Origin: Horticoccus luteus
GTDB taxonomy: Bacteria; Verrucomicrobiota; Verrucomicrobiia; Opitutales; Opitutaceae
Direction: 5' to 3'
Assembly (NCBI RefSeq): GCF_019464535.1
Contig: NZ_CP080507.1
Coordinates: forward strand, 1,470,001 to 1,502,000
Length of the DNA: 32,000 nt
This document shows positions 15,020 to 26,832 of the stretch, one piece after another. The position numbers and the translations under genes were made by a program. A model generated the notes under the pieces. The model was not told the origin of the DNA. It saw only the letters and a list, made by a program, of their open reading frames with translations, and ran no database searches. How positions within the stretch are numbered: the first letter of the stretch is position 1; each line of letters begins with the position of its first letter.

Positions 15020-16963
15020 ATGGCCGAATCCTCCCCGACTGCCGCCGGTGCTTCCGCATCGATCAATTCCAACGCCGCCGACCACCCGATTTATGTGGAC
15101 GGTTTTCAAGGTACGCCGGCCGAAATCGAGCGGCAATGGTATGAGAAGGTGTATGTGGGGCGCGGCGACCGGATGGCGCAGCTCACGCTGCGTGCGGTGC
15201 TGATGGGCACGATTCTGGGCGGCATCCTGTCGCTGACGAATCTCTATATTGGGTTGAAGGCGGGCTGGGGATTCGGCGTTGCGATCACGGCCTGCATCGT
15301 TTCCTACGCGACGTGGAACGCGCTGCTGAAGCTGCGGCTCGCGCGCACGCCGATGACGATTCTCGAAAACAATTGCATGCAGTCGACGGCGAGCGCGGCG
15401 GGTTATTCGACCGGGGCGACGTTGGTGTCGGCCTTTTCTGCGTATGTGATGATCAACAATCAATCGATGCCGTTCTGGCAGATGATGGCGTGGGTGTTCG
15501 TGCTGGCGGTGCTCGGCGTGACGATGGCGATTCCGATGAAGCGGCAGATGATCAACACCGAGCAGTTGCGTTTCCCGACCGGCACGGCCTCGGCGGTGAC
15601 GTTGCAAACACTCTATTCGGAAGGGAAAAAGGCGGCGAAGTCGGCGCGGGCACTGACCATCGGTGCCGTGGCGGCGGCGATCAGTCAGTTCTGGATGGAT
15701 GGACTCCAACTGATCAGCGCAAAACTCGCGCCGTTCACGCTGGGCTCGCTGGTGGAGCGGGCGAATACGGCGGTGATCGGGCCGGTGTGGATGGGGCGCA
15801 CGGTGTTTTTTGTGTGGGATCCGATCTTCATCGCGGGCGGCGCGCTGATGGGGTTGCGGGCGGGAGCGAGCATGCTGCTGGGCGGCACGCTGTGCTGGGC
15901 GGTGTTTGTGCCGCTCATGCAGGCGAACGGGACGATCACGGGCTCGTCGTTTCGCGAGATCGTGCAATGGACGCTGTGGGGAGGGGTGAGCTGCATGGTG
16001 ACGTCGGGCATTCTGGCGTTCGCGTTGCAATGGCGGAGCATCGTGGCGGCGATGGGCTCGATGGGGCGGATGTTTCGGCGAGGACGGAACGTCTCCGCGG
16101 CGGAGTCGGTGATGGAGCGGATCGAGACGCCGATGTCGTGGTTTTTCATTGGGCAAGGGTTGGCGCTGATCGCGGTGTGCTGGTTGGGCAAAGTGACGCT
16201 GGGGCTGCCGGTATGGGAGAGTGCGCTGGCGGTGATCATCACGTTTTTTCTGGCATTGGTGGCGTGCCGCGTGACGGGGGAGACGGATACGACGCCGATC
16301 GGAGCGATGGGGAAGGTGACGCAGTTGCTCTTCGGCGCGCTGAATCCGGGCAACATGAACATCAACCTGATGAGCGCGAACATCACGTCGAGCGCGGCGA
16401 TGGCGTCGGCCGATTTGCTGACGGATTTGAAGAGCGGCTATCTCCTGGGAGCGAATCCGCGGAAGCAGTTCCTCGCGCAGTTTGCGGGCATATTCATGGG
16501 CACGTTGGCGTCGGTGGCGGCGTTTCGGGTGCTCGTGCCGAATGCGGCGGCGCTGGGCGGCGACCAATTTCCGGCGCCGGCGGCGCAGGCGTGGCGGGCC
16601 GTGGCGGTGGCGTTGAGCAAGGGGTTGGACGCGCTCGAACCGGTGAAGCTGTGGTCGATCGCGATCGGTGGCGCGGTCGGGATTCTCCTCGTGCTGCTGC
16701 CACGGTGGTTTCCGAAGCAGCAGAATTGGATCCCGTCACCGGCCGCCATGGGGCTGGCGTGGACGTTTCACTGGTATTACGGGATGCTCTTCTGCCTGGG
16801 TGCGGTCATCGCGCGGCTCCTGGAGAAGAAGAATCCGAAGCTCTCCGAGGCTTACACGTGGCCGGTGGCGTCGGGCATCATCGCTGGCGGCTCGCTGATG
16901 GGCGTGCTGATCATCTTCTGGGAAAACGGGCCGGAGATGCTGCGGCAGTTTCTCGGCGGTTGA
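15020..16963 (+). CDS. OPT-family oligopeptide transporter
   Basis: QLTLRAVLMGTILGGILSLTNLYIGLKAGWGFG is the characteristic OPT N-terminal motif. More than 14 hydrophobic segments. ATG at 15020. Confidence 0.85.
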   Translation: MAESSPTAAGASASINSNAADHPIYVDGFQGTPAEIERQWYEKVYVGRGDRMAQLTLRAVLMGTILGGILSLTNLYIGLKAGWGFGVAITACIVSYATWNALLKLRLARTPMTILENNCMQSTASAAGYSTGATLVSAFSAYVMINNQSMPFWQMMAWVFVLAVLGVTMAIPMKRQMINTEQLRFPTGTASAVTLQTLYSEGKKAAKSARALTIGAVAAAISQFWMDGLQLISAKLAPFTLGSLVERANTAVIGPVWMGRTVFFVWDPIFIAGGALMGLRAGASMLLGGTLCWAVFVPLMQANGTITGSSFREIVQWTLWGGVSCMVTSGILAFALQWRSIVAAMGSMGRMFRRGRNVSAAESVMERIETPMSWFFIGQGLALIAVCWLGKVTLGLPVWESALAVIITFFLALVACRVTGETDTTPIGAMGKVTQLLFGALNPGNMNINLMSANITSSAAMASADLLTDLKSGYLLGANPRKQFLAQFAGIFMGTLASVAAFRVLVPNAAALGGDQFPAPAAQAWRAVAVALSKGLDALEPVKLWSIAIGGAVGILLVLLPRWFPKQQNWIPSPAAMGLAWTFHWYYGMLFCLGAVIARLLEKKNPKLSEAYTWPVASGIIAGGSLMGVLIIFWENGPEMLRQFLGG

Positions 16964-17013
16964 GCACTTTTGCGACCACTTGGAGAGCCGCGCCGGTGGT
17001 GGGAGCGGCGGCG

Positions 17014-17640
17014 ATGCGCGCGGTTTTCTCGCCCATGACGCTTTTCCTTATGTGGATTAAAACTCGTGTCTTCGTGGCGGCGATCGTTGGCGTCGCCGGT
17101 TTTGTCGCATGCAGCCGCGCGGGGGCCGACGGGCCGGGGCCACAATCGGCTGCGCCGGCGAATGTGGTTGAGCAAGCGCCGGCGGCGGCAAAGAAAGTCG
17201 ACGCCCACCAGGCACAGGATCACGTCGAGCCACACGCTACTCAAAAGCAGAAATCACCCATGACACGCGTCACCGGAATTGGCGGAGTATTTATTAAAGC
17301 GAAAGATCCCGTGGCGTTGCGCGCGTGGTATCAGACGCATCTCGGAATTGACGTGCAGACGTGGGGCGGCACGGCCTTCCGCTGGGTGGATGCCGCAGGC
17401 GCGCCGACGGGCGGCACCACGGCGTGGCAAATCGGCGACGGCGCAAATTTCGCGCCGGGCACGGCCTCGTTTATGATCAATTACCGAGTGGCCGATTTGC
17501 GGGCGCTCTTGAAAGCGCTTCGCGAAGAGGGGTGTCGGGTGCTCGATCAGGTGGAGGAGTCCGACTACGGCCGCTTTGGCTGGGTCGTGGACCCAGAAGG
17601 CAACAAGGTCGAGCTGTGGGAGCCGCCCGCGGGCCAATGA
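17014..17640 (+). CDS. VOC/glyoxalase-fold protein, possibly with a lipoprotein-type N-terminal extension
   Basis: The C-terminal 126 aa (MTRVTGIGGVFIKAKDP...GWVVDPEGNKVELWEP) is a typical VOC domain. The upstream in-frame sequence MWIKTRVFVAAIVGVAGFVAC looks like a lipoprotein signal. Alternative starts are at 17035, 17050 and 17260. Confidence 0.65.
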   Translation: MRAVFSPMTLFLMWIKTRVFVAAIVGVAGFVACSRAGADGPGPQSAAPANVVEQAPAAAKKVDAHQAQDHVEPHATQKQKSPMTRVTGIGGVFIKAKDPVALRAWYQTHLGIDVQTWGGTAFRWVDAAGAPTGGTTAWQIGDGANFAPGTASFMINYRVADLRALLKALREEGCRVLDQVEESDYGRFGWVVDPEGNKVELWEPPAGQ

Positions 17641-17802
17641 GCCGGGGCGGGCGGGCCAAGGCAGACGGACGCGTTGTCGTTCGTGCTGGCGGGAAGGCGG
17701 CCGGCGCGCGCTGCGTTTGCTTACATCAGGGAGCCTAACGCGCCCACGCCACGTCTCCGCGGGGAAAGCCCAGTCGATGTCGGCGCGGGAAGCCCGCGGC
17801 GA

Positions 17803-19143
17803 TCAGGCGAGGGACTTGACCAGCACCTTCGCGTTGCGGCCGCCTTCGAGGTATTGTTTGAGCCGGGTTTCCGGCAAAACATCGGTCGTCGTCTCCTCGA
17901 AACCGCAGACGTTGGTAAAGAAGCCGAAGCTTTGCGTGGAGAGCGCGATGATGGTGTTGGCGCCGCGTTGCTTGGCCATCATGCACGCGAAATCGACCAT
18001 CTTTTTGCCGATGCCGCGATTGTGGTAGAAGGGGAGAACGTAAAGCGCACCGACCTCGGCGAGGGCCATTTTCTCGGGATAAAAATACAGGGTGACGCAG
18101 GCGATGATGTTCTCGTCGATCTCGAAGACGTAGAAGTGTTCGATGTTTTTCTCGATCGCCTGTTGGGAGCGGACGAGAAGTTCTTCGCGGCGGACTGCGG
18201 CGCGCGTCAGATTGTAGATGAAGCGCACGTCGCGGCGGGTGGCTTTCCGGATCTGCTGATAGTCGTTGCCGTAGATGAGCGTGCCGACGCCTTCGTTGGA
18301 AAAAATCTCGTTGAGGAGACCATCGAAGATGCGGCCGTCGACGACATGCACGCGAGGGGTGCCGGTCTCGATGGCTTTAACGGCGTGCGAGGCCTTGCTG
18401 CGCACAGCGTCGGGAATCCGTTCGGGGCGGTCCTGCAAAATGCCGCGGAGCTCGTCGATCGAGATGTCGCGGCGAACGGCGCCATCCACCTCGAGGCCGG
18501 GCTGCGGGGTGAGGTAGATGACTTTCGTGGCGTGCAGCGCTTCGGCGAGTTCGGCCGCGAGCAGGTCGGAATTGATGCGCAGCGATTTTCCATCGGGACC
18601 GAAGGCCACGGAGGTGACGACGGGCACGACTTGCTGGTCGATGAGAGCGCTGATGAACTCCTTGTCGATCCGTTCCACCTTGCCGGTGAGTTGCTGATCC
18701 ACGCCGCGAATGATGCCGACGGGGAGCGCGCGGACGGAGTTGGTGATGACGGCCTTGAGGTTGTTTTGCGCGAGACCTTCGAGGACGAGGTGCGAAATGC
18801 GCGAGGAGGCGCGAATCGCGAGATCGAGGGTGGCCGCATCGGTGACGCCGGAGCCATACGCGTCGGTAATCGGGATGCCGCGCAGTTCGGAGAGCTCTTG
18901 AATCTGCCGGCCGATGCCGTGGACGAGGACAACCTTGATGCCGAGCGAGCGGAGAACGGCGATGTCGACGAGGAGGTTGGGGAAATTCTCGTCGGCGATG
19001 ATCGAGCCATCCATCGCGATGATGAAAATCTGCCCTTGGAAGCGCGGCACGTATTTCAAGATCCCACGCAGGTCGGTGGGCTTGATGGTGGTGGCCAGCG
19101 CGGGATGCGCGGGCGGAGAGGAGGGAGGGGGACCGTTGCTCAT
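17803..19143 (-). CDS. argA: N-acetylglutamate synthase (amino-acid kinase domain plus GNAT domain)
   Basis: The N-terminal AAK fold (FIIAMDGSII...VVLVHGIGRQI) and a C-terminal GNAT with an acetyl-CoA motif (RGIGKKMVDFACMMAKQRG). The ATG at 19143 gives 446 aa, the usual ArgA size. Confidence 0.85.
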   Translation of the reverse strand: MSNGPPPSSPPAHPALATTIKPTDLRGILKYVPRFQGQIFIIAMDGSIIADENFPNLLVDIAVLRSLGIKVVLVHGIGRQIQELSELRGIPITDAYGSGVTDAATLDLAIRASSRISHLVLEGLAQNNLKAVITNSVRALPVGIIRGVDQQLTGKVERIDKEFISALIDQQVVPVVTSVAFGPDGKSLRINSDLLAAELAEALHATKVIYLTPQPGLEVDGAVRRDISIDELRGILQDRPERIPDAVRSKASHAVKAIETGTPRVHVVDGRIFDGLLNEIFSNEGVGTLIYGNDYQQIRKATRRDVRFIYNLTRAAVRREELLVRSQQAIEKNIEHFYVFEIDENIIACVTLYFYPEKMALAEVGALYVLPFYHNRGIGKKMVDFACMMAKQRGANTIIALSTQSFGFFTNVCGFEETTTDVLPETRLKQYLEGGRNAKVLVKSLA

Positions 19144-19183
19144 CAAAGAAGAGGCGGTGTTGTCGGACGGGAGGGGCGGCGCG

Positions 19184-19762
19184 TCAATGCACTTGCAACG
19201 ACCACGCGCGGGAGGCGCGCTGGCCGGCGAGGAGCACGTGGTAGCGGCCGGGCTTGAGCGTGCCGGCAGGAATGGTGAGGAGCGCGGTCGTATCATCGGT
19301 GCGCGCGAGCAGCTCGCCGCGGAGCCGCTCGAATTCGGGCGCGAGAATGAGTTCGCCTCCGCGCACATAAAGATAGGCGCCCGAGAGCTGTTCTTTGTGG
19401 TCGGGGAGGGCGCACGCGACCTCGATGACGTAAGCGGAATCCGCCGCGACGGATTCGGCGGCGTGAACGCGCGTATAGTCGAGCGGGAGGATGGGTTTTT
19501 CGACCAAGGGCTGGTCGAGCGCGTCGGGCAGCCCGGCGGGGGCGGGGAAGACGGCGGCGCTCGCGGAGACGCGGACGGCGTCGGCGGGGCGAGAGGCGTC
19601 GATGGCGACGCGGCGGTAGCCGGCGTCCAAGAGGCGCATGACGTTGGCGCGGGCCTTCATATCGTGATACGGCTCGTAGACGTGGCCGGTCTTGCGGTAT
19701 TCGAGCGTGAGGGCGGTGTAGAGGGCGAGTCCGGCGATGATCGCGAGGACGACCCACTTCAT
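19184..19762 (-). CDS. Membrane-anchored hypothetical protein
   Basis: MKWVVLAIIAGLALYTALTL is an N-terminal TM anchor. The gene sits 40 nt upstream of argA on the same strand. I recognise no family. Confidence 0.5.
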   Translation of the reverse strand: MKWVVLAIIAGLALYTALTLEYRKTGHVYEPYHDMKARANVMRLLDAGYRRVAIDASRPADAVRVSASAAVFPAPAGLPDALDQPLVEKPILPLDYTRVHAAESVAADSAYVIEVACALPDHKEQLSGAYLYVRGGELILAPEFERLRGELLARTDDTTALLTIPAGTLKPGRYHVLLAGQRASRAWSLQVH

Positions 19763-19881
19763 CGGCCAAAGTTCTTTATGCGGACGCGCGGGAGGCATGG
19801 AGAGGCGGATTAGCGCCGGGGACGCCGGTTGCCGCAAATAAAATTGCTCCGCGAGAAGGCGGCTGATTCGTTGGCCGTTCC

Positions 19882-21654
19882 ATGAAGTTCTGGTCGCAGT
19901 TTTTCATTCCGACACTGAAAGAAAGCCCGGCGGACGCGGAGATCGCGTCGCACAAGCTGCTCGTGCGCGCGGGGCTGGTGCGCAAATTGAGCGGCGGGCT
20001 CTACACGTATCTGCCGCTGGGATTGATCGTCATGCGGAAACTGACGCAGCTTTGCCGGGAGGAGATCGACCGCGCGGGTGGCATCGAGCTCGCGATGCCG
20101 CACCTGCATCCGGCGGAAAACTGGCGGGACGGCCCGCGGTGGGCGGCGGCGCGGGAGATCATGTTTCGCGCGGACAGCGCGGGCGAGGGCCAGCGGGCGG
20201 GGCGCGAGCCGGAGTTTGTGCTGGGGCCCACGCATGAGGAGATCATCACGCCGCTGGTGAAGACGGAAATCACGAGCTACCGCGACCTGCCGAAAAATTT
20301 CTATCAGATCGGCACGAAGTTTCGCAACGAGATCCGGCCGCGCTACGGGTTGATGCGCGCGCGCGAATTCGTGATGATGGACGCGTATTCCTTCGACGTG
20401 AACGACGAGCGCGCGGTCGCGAGCTACTTCGCGATGAAGGGCGCCTACGAGGCGTTTTTCCGGCGCGTGGGCGTGCAGGCGATCGCGGTCGAGGCGGACA
20501 CCGGCGTGATGGGCGGCAGTTTTTCGCATGAGTTCATGGTGCCGGCGGAGATCGGCGACGATGATGTGATTTACAACGAGGCCAGCGGCTACGCGGCGAA
20601 CCGCGAGAAGGCGGCGAGTGCGCTCGTGCCGGCGGATTGGGCGGACGCGGCGCCGGCGGGAGCCGTGGAGGAATTCGCGACGCCGGGCGTGGTGACGATC
20701 GCCGCGCTGGAAGCGGCGCCGTATGCGGTGCCCGCGGACCGGCAGTTCAAGACGCTCGTTTACATCGGCGACGGGAAACCGTTCGTGGTGATTTTGCGCG
20801 GCAGCGACGAACTCGAAACGGCGAAGCTCGGCAGTCTCGGGTTCACGGTGACGCGGCCGGCGACGCCGGAGGAAATCGAGCCGGTGCTGGGCGCCAAGCC
20901 GGGCAGCCTCGGCGCGGTGAAAGGCACGTTCAAGAACGAGGCGGCGCTGGCGGGGATTTTCGCGGACCACGCCATTCGTCTGATTGGCAACGGGACGACC
21001 GGTGCGAACCGCGACGGGTTTCACCTGCGCAATGTCAATGTGACGCGCGATCTCGCGGTCACGCGTTTCGGCGATTTCCGCCGGGTGCGCGCGGGAGAAC
21101 CGGACGTGAAGTCAGGCCAGCCGCTGCAAGTGCGCCGCGGCATCGAAGTCGGGCACATCTTCAAGCTGGGCACGAAATATTCGGAAAAATTCGGCGCGGT
21201 TTTCACCGATGACCAGAAGCAGAGTCACCCGATGGTGATGGGATGCTACGGCATCGGGATCAGCCGGACGCTGCAGGCGGTGATCGAACAGAGCCACGAT
21301 GCGGATGGCATCGTGTGGCCGTGGAATGCGGCGCCGTTTCACGTGCACATTTGTTTGCTCGATCCGCAAGACGCGGCGGCGGCGGAAATGGCGCGTCAGC
21401 TCGGGGCGGCGGCGGAGCGCGGAGGCGCGGACGTGTTGATCGACGACCGCGTGGAGCGGCCGGGGGTGAAGTTCAAGGATGCAGATCTGCTCGGTTTGCC
21501 GTTGCGGATCACGATCGGCGGTCGCGGCCTGAAGGAAGGCATCATCGAGGTAAAATGGCGGACGGCGAAGGAGGCGGTCAAAGTGCCGCTGACGGAGGCC
21601 GAGGCGCACATCACGGCGGCGGTGACGGAAGCGGCCAGCAACGCGGGCCGCTGA
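19882..21654 (+). CDS. proS: Prolyl-tRNA synthetase, bacterial type with INS editing domain
   Basis: Class II motifs (FRNEIRPRYGLMRAREFVMMDAYSF, GCYGIGISR) with an inserted editing domain between motifs 2 and 3. 590 aa. Confidence 0.93.
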   Translation: MKFWSQFFIPTLKESPADAEIASHKLLVRAGLVRKLSGGLYTYLPLGLIVMRKLTQLCREEIDRAGGIELAMPHLHPAENWRDGPRWAAAREIMFRADSAGEGQRAGREPEFVLGPTHEEIITPLVKTEITSYRDLPKNFYQIGTKFRNEIRPRYGLMRAREFVMMDAYSFDVNDERAVASYFAMKGAYEAFFRRVGVQAIAVEADTGVMGGSFSHEFMVPAEIGDDDVIYNEASGYAANREKAASALVPADWADAAPAGAVEEFATPGVVTIAALEAAPYAVPADRQFKTLVYIGDGKPFVVILRGSDELETAKLGSLGFTVTRPATPEEIEPVLGAKPGSLGAVKGTFKNEAALAGIFADHAIRLIGNGTTGANRDGFHLRNVNVTRDLAVTRFGDFRRVRAGEPDVKSGQPLQVRRGIEVGHIFKLGTKYSEKFGAVFTDDQKQSHPMVMGCYGIGISRTLQAVIEQSHDADGIVWPWNAAPFHVHICLLDPQDAAAAEMARQLGAAAERGGADVLIDDRVERPGVKFKDADLLGLPLRITIGGRGLKEGIIEVKWRTAKEAVKVPLTEAEAHITAAVTEAASNAGR

Positions 21655-21718
21655 CCGCATGGTCCGCGGCGTTTGCGCTGCGGACCGAGTGGGTTTTGCT
21701 GCGGAAGACCGAGAACGC

Positions 21719-22024
21719 ATGATTTCTGCCGAGACGAAAACGACGCCCAGCCCGAGCGCACACACCGAAACCGAGACGGCACTGGCCGGCTTGTGGCGCG
21801 TGGTCGTGCTCAACGATCCGGTGAACTTGATGTCGTATGTCGTGCTCGTGTTTAAAAAGGTTCTGGGTTTCGACGAATCGACGGCGCGGCGGCACATGCT
21901 GGAGGTGCACGAACTCGGCCGCTCAGTGGTGTGGACGGGGGTGCGCGAGAAGGCGGAGGCTTACGTCTACACGTTGCAGCAATGGCACCTGACGGTGATC
22001 TTGGAGCGCGATGAAACGCATTGA
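21719..22024 (+). CDS. clpS: ATP-dependent Clp protease adaptor ClpS
   Basis: WRVVVLNDPVNLMSYVVLVFKKVLGFDESTARRHMLEVHELGRSVV is the canonical ClpS core. ATG at 21719. Confidence 0.9.
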   Translation: MISAETKTTPSPSAHTETETALAGLWRVVVLNDPVNLMSYVVLVFKKVLGFDESTARRHMLEVHELGRSVVWTGVREKAEAYVYTLQQWHLTVILERDETH

Positions 22025-22472
22025 AGTAAAGCTCAGCCTGCCGGTGGTCGCACCGCTGCTCGATGTGATCAAGCGGGCCGCTGACCAGTTGCGCGGCGGT
22101 CTGGCGTCGCCCGGCGCGCTGGCGGACGTCGACCAGGAGCTCGAGGCCTCGTGGCTCGACGAGTTGCAAGCGACGCAAAACGACGAAGTGGGGGCGTTGC
22201 TGGCGTTGTTTGACGATGAATTTTTTCGGGACGGCGTGATCGCGCTGGACGGGGAGAACGCCGAGCCGATCTTGCGCGCGTCGTCAGCGGTGCGGCTGCG
22301 GTTGCGCACGATGAATCTGGAGGTGCTGCCCGATGAGACGCTCGAAGACGGGAGCGCCGATCTGAGCGCGCTGGAGGAGCCCGTGCAGAAGGCGTTTATG
22401 GCCTATTTGTTTCTGGCGACCTTGCAGGAGCTGATCATCCAGCATCTCGATTCCAGCATTCTGGATTCGTAG
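22011..22472 (+). CDS. Acidic helical protein overlapping the clpS stop (DUF2017-like by context; identity unverified)
   Basis: Its ATG at 22011 overlaps the last 14 nt of clpS. 153 aa, rich in D/E/L. A ClpS-adjacent protein of this kind is known from Actinobacteria (DUF2017), and I cannot confirm homology by eye. Confidence 0.55.
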   Translation: MKRIEVKLSLPVVAPLLDVIKRAADQLRGGLASPGALADVDQELEASWLDELQATQNDEVGALLALFDDEFFRDGVIALDGENAEPILRASSAVRLRLRTMNLEVLPDETLEDGSADLSALEEPVQKAFMAYLFLATLQELIIQHLDSSILDS

Positions 22473-22481
22473 GCGGGAAGA

Positions 22482-23867
22482 TCAGCGCGACGGCAAGGCG
22501 GTGCAGCGGGCGGCGAGTTTTTCGCCGGCGGCGACGCAGGCCGGCACGGAAATCCCGTCGCGCGCCTGACCGCCGAGCAGGAAGCCGGGAAAGGTGTTTT
22601 CGCAGGCCGTGAACGCTTCGAGGTAGCGTTCGTAGCCGAGGTTGTATTGCGGAATCGCCTTGGGCCAGACGTGGTGACGAAAGAAGACCGGCGCGCCGCG
22701 CACGCCGAGCAGTTGGCGCAGATCGGGTTCGATGGCGGCGAGGATTTCCTCGGGCGGGCGGCGGGCGATTTCGGGTTGCCGGGTGCCGCCGATCAGGACG
22801 GTCAGGGCGACATGACCGTCGGGCGCGCGGGCGGGAAAAAGGGTCGACGAAAAGAGAACGCCGAGGAGGGAACGCTTTTCGATCTCGGGCGCGAGGACGC
22901 CGAAGCCGTCGAGCGGATGCGCGACCTGCTCGCGATGGAAACCGAGAAACAGCGACGACACCGGCGGGTGTTCGATGCCGTCGAGGAGCGCGAGCGGGCG
23001 TTCGCCGAGGGCGCCGAGACGCAACTGGGCCAGCGCGGGAGCGGGCAGCGCAGAAATGACGCCGTCGAATTCCTCCGTGTGCGCGCCCTGCGGACCGTGC
23101 GCAATGACACTCCAGCGCGAACCGGGAACGAGCGCTTCGACGCGGCAATTCAGGCAGAGCGCGTCAGCGGGAAGTTGAGCGGCGAGCGCGTGGGGGAGGG
23201 TTTGCAGGCCGTCGCGAAACGAAATGAGCTGCGGCTTCGGGAGGCTCTGGCGTTTGCGCTCTTTCGCGCCGGCGAGCAGACCGCGGAGCACGGAGCCGTG
23301 GGTGCGTTCGGCCTGCCAGAGTTTGGGGAACGCGTGGCGGGTCGATAGCTTGATGGGGTTGCCGGCGTAGATGCCGCTGACGATGGGATTGAGCGCGTAG
23401 TCCACCACTTGGGTGCCAAAATGCGCCTCGATGAAATCGGCGAGGCTGACGTCGACCGTGCGCACGCGCGGACGGAGAAAGACGTCGCCGAAAAGCCGCA
23501 GGGTGCCCCCGAACGAGAGCAGGGGCGTGCGAAGAAGAGCGGCGGGCGACATCGGGACGGGCGCCGGGCGGCCCCGACAGACGATGAAGCGTTTGCGCGC
23601 GGCGGGATTCGCGGGGATGCGCTGGCCGGCGAGTCCGAGTTCGTCAATGAGCTGGAGCAGGCCGGCGTCCGCGAGAAGGGAGTTGGGCCCGCTTTCGACG
23701 AGCCAGCCGCCGTCGCGCTCCGTGGCGATCGCACCCCCGACGCGAGCGGCGCTTTCGAAGACGCGCACGTTATGGCCGAGACGCGTGAGGCGATACGCTG
23801 CCGTGAGTCCGGTGATGCCGGCGCCGAGAATCGCAAAGCTGCGGGAGGAAGAGGAGGAGGCGCTCAC
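22482..23867 (-). CDS. hemY: Protoporphyrinogen oxidase (HemY/PgoX-type FAD oxidase)
   Basis: The N-terminal dinucleotide-binding motif FAILGAGITGLTAAYRL...VFES, a length of 461 aa, and clustering with hemE and hemF. GTG start. Confidence 0.8.
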   Translation of the reverse strand: MSASSSSSRSFAILGAGITGLTAAYRLTRLGHNVRVFESAARVGGAIATERDGGWLVESGPNSLLADAGLLQLIDELGLAGQRIPANPAARKRFIVCRGRPAPVPMSPAALLRTPLLSFGGTLRLFGDVFLRPRVRTVDVSLADFIEAHFGTQVVDYALNPIVSGIYAGNPIKLSTRHAFPKLWQAERTHGSVLRGLLAGAKERKRQSLPKPQLISFRDGLQTLPHALAAQLPADALCLNCRVEALVPGSRWSVIAHGPQGAHTEEFDGVISALPAPALAQLRLGALGERPLALLDGIEHPPVSSLFLGFHREQVAHPLDGFGVLAPEIEKRSLLGVLFSSTLFPARAPDGHVALTVLIGGTRQPEIARRPPEEILAAIEPDLRQLLGVRGAPVFFRHHVWPKAIPQYNLGYERYLEAFTACENTFPGFLLGGQARDGISVPACVAAGEKLAARCTALPSR

Positions 23868-23928
23868 GACGGAAGGAGCATGAACATGCGCGGCTTCCGG
23901 GCGCGCGGCAATCCTGCTGCGCTCCCGC

Positions 23929-24957
23929 TCAGCGCCACGTGGTGACGGTGTCGACCAATGCCTGCATGCATTCGATCTTGGCGTGCGGCATGATGCCGTG
24001 GCCGAGATTGAAGATGTGGCCGGCGGTGCCGCGCATCGATTCGAGGAGGCGCAGCGTTTCGTGGCGGACGATTTCCGGAGTGGTGTTGAGGAGGACGGGG
24101 TCGAGGTTGCCTTGCACGGCGACGTTGGCGGGCAACGTGCGGCGGACGATCGAGAGATCGCATGTCCAATCGACGCTCAACACCCGCGCGCCGGTGAATG
24201 CCTGATCGGTGAGGTGCGACGCCGTGCCTTTGGCATACAGGATGACGGGAAACGCGGGCGGCAGCGCGGCGATGATGCGGCGGATCCATTGCAGCGAGGC
24301 GGCCTCGTAATCCGGTCCGGCGATGATGCCGCCCCACGAGTCGAAGATCTGAATCGCGTCGGCCCCGGCGGCGATTTGCATTTTGAAATAGGCGATGAGG
24401 GCCGCCGTGAGCTTTTCGAGGAGCGCGTCGAACGTGACGCGATCGGTGTAGAAAAAGTGTTTGATGCGCTCGAAGTCATCCGAGCTCCCGCCTTCGACCA
24501 TGTAGGTGGCGAGCGTCCACGGCGAACCGCCGAAACCGAGGAGCGCGTGCGAGCCGGCGAGTTGAGTTTTGAGCAGCGCGAGGGTGTCGCGGACGTAATG
24601 GAGATGCTCCGGCACGGCGTCGGCGGGCGCGAGGGCATCGATTTGGGCGCGCGTTTCGAGGCGATACTCCATGGCGATGCCGCCTTGCTCGCGAAAGTGA
24701 TACGGCTGGCCGAGCGCTTCGGGGATGACGAGGATGTCGGAGAAAAGAATCGCGGCATCGAGGGCGAAACGGCGCAGCGGCTGGAGGGTGACCTCGGCGG
24801 CGAGGGCGGGAGTGCGCACCATTTCGAGGAAGGATGATTTCGCCTTGAGCGCGCGATATTCCGGCAGGTAACGGCCGGCCTGGCGCATGACCCAGAGCGG
24901 CGGGCGGTCGAGCGGCGAGCAGGCGGCGGCGGCGAGAAAACGTTCGCGGGAAGTCAT
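23929..24957 (-). CDS. hemE: Uroporphyrinogen decarboxylase
   Basis: PLWVMRQAGRYLPEYR and ILFSDILVIPEALG are the URO-D signature motifs. 342 aa. Confidence 0.93.
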   Translation of the reverse strand: MTSRERFLAAAACSPLDRPPLWVMRQAGRYLPEYRALKAKSSFLEMVRTPALAAEVTLQPLRRFALDAAILFSDILVIPEALGQPYHFREQGGIAMEYRLETRAQIDALAPADAVPEHLHYVRDTLALLKTQLAGSHALLGFGGSPWTLATYMVEGGSSDDFERIKHFFYTDRVTFDALLEKLTAALIAYFKMQIAAGADAIQIFDSWGGIIAGPDYEAASLQWIRRIIAALPPAFPVILYAKGTASHLTDQAFTGARVLSVDWTCDLSIVRRTLPANVAVQGNLDPVLLNTTPEIVRHETLRLLESMRGTAGHIFNLGHGIMPHAKIECMQALVDTVTTWR

Positions 24958-24999
24958 GGTGCGAATGAGCGCGAGGCGGAGCGAAGAGCGAGCCGGGAA

Positions 25000-26763
<1,764 letters not shown>

Positions 26764-26832
26764 GCGGCACGAAGGCGAGAAGGGCGCCCGCGGATTCGGG
26801 GCAGGGCCGACCGACGCGGAAGGGGGCGGCGA

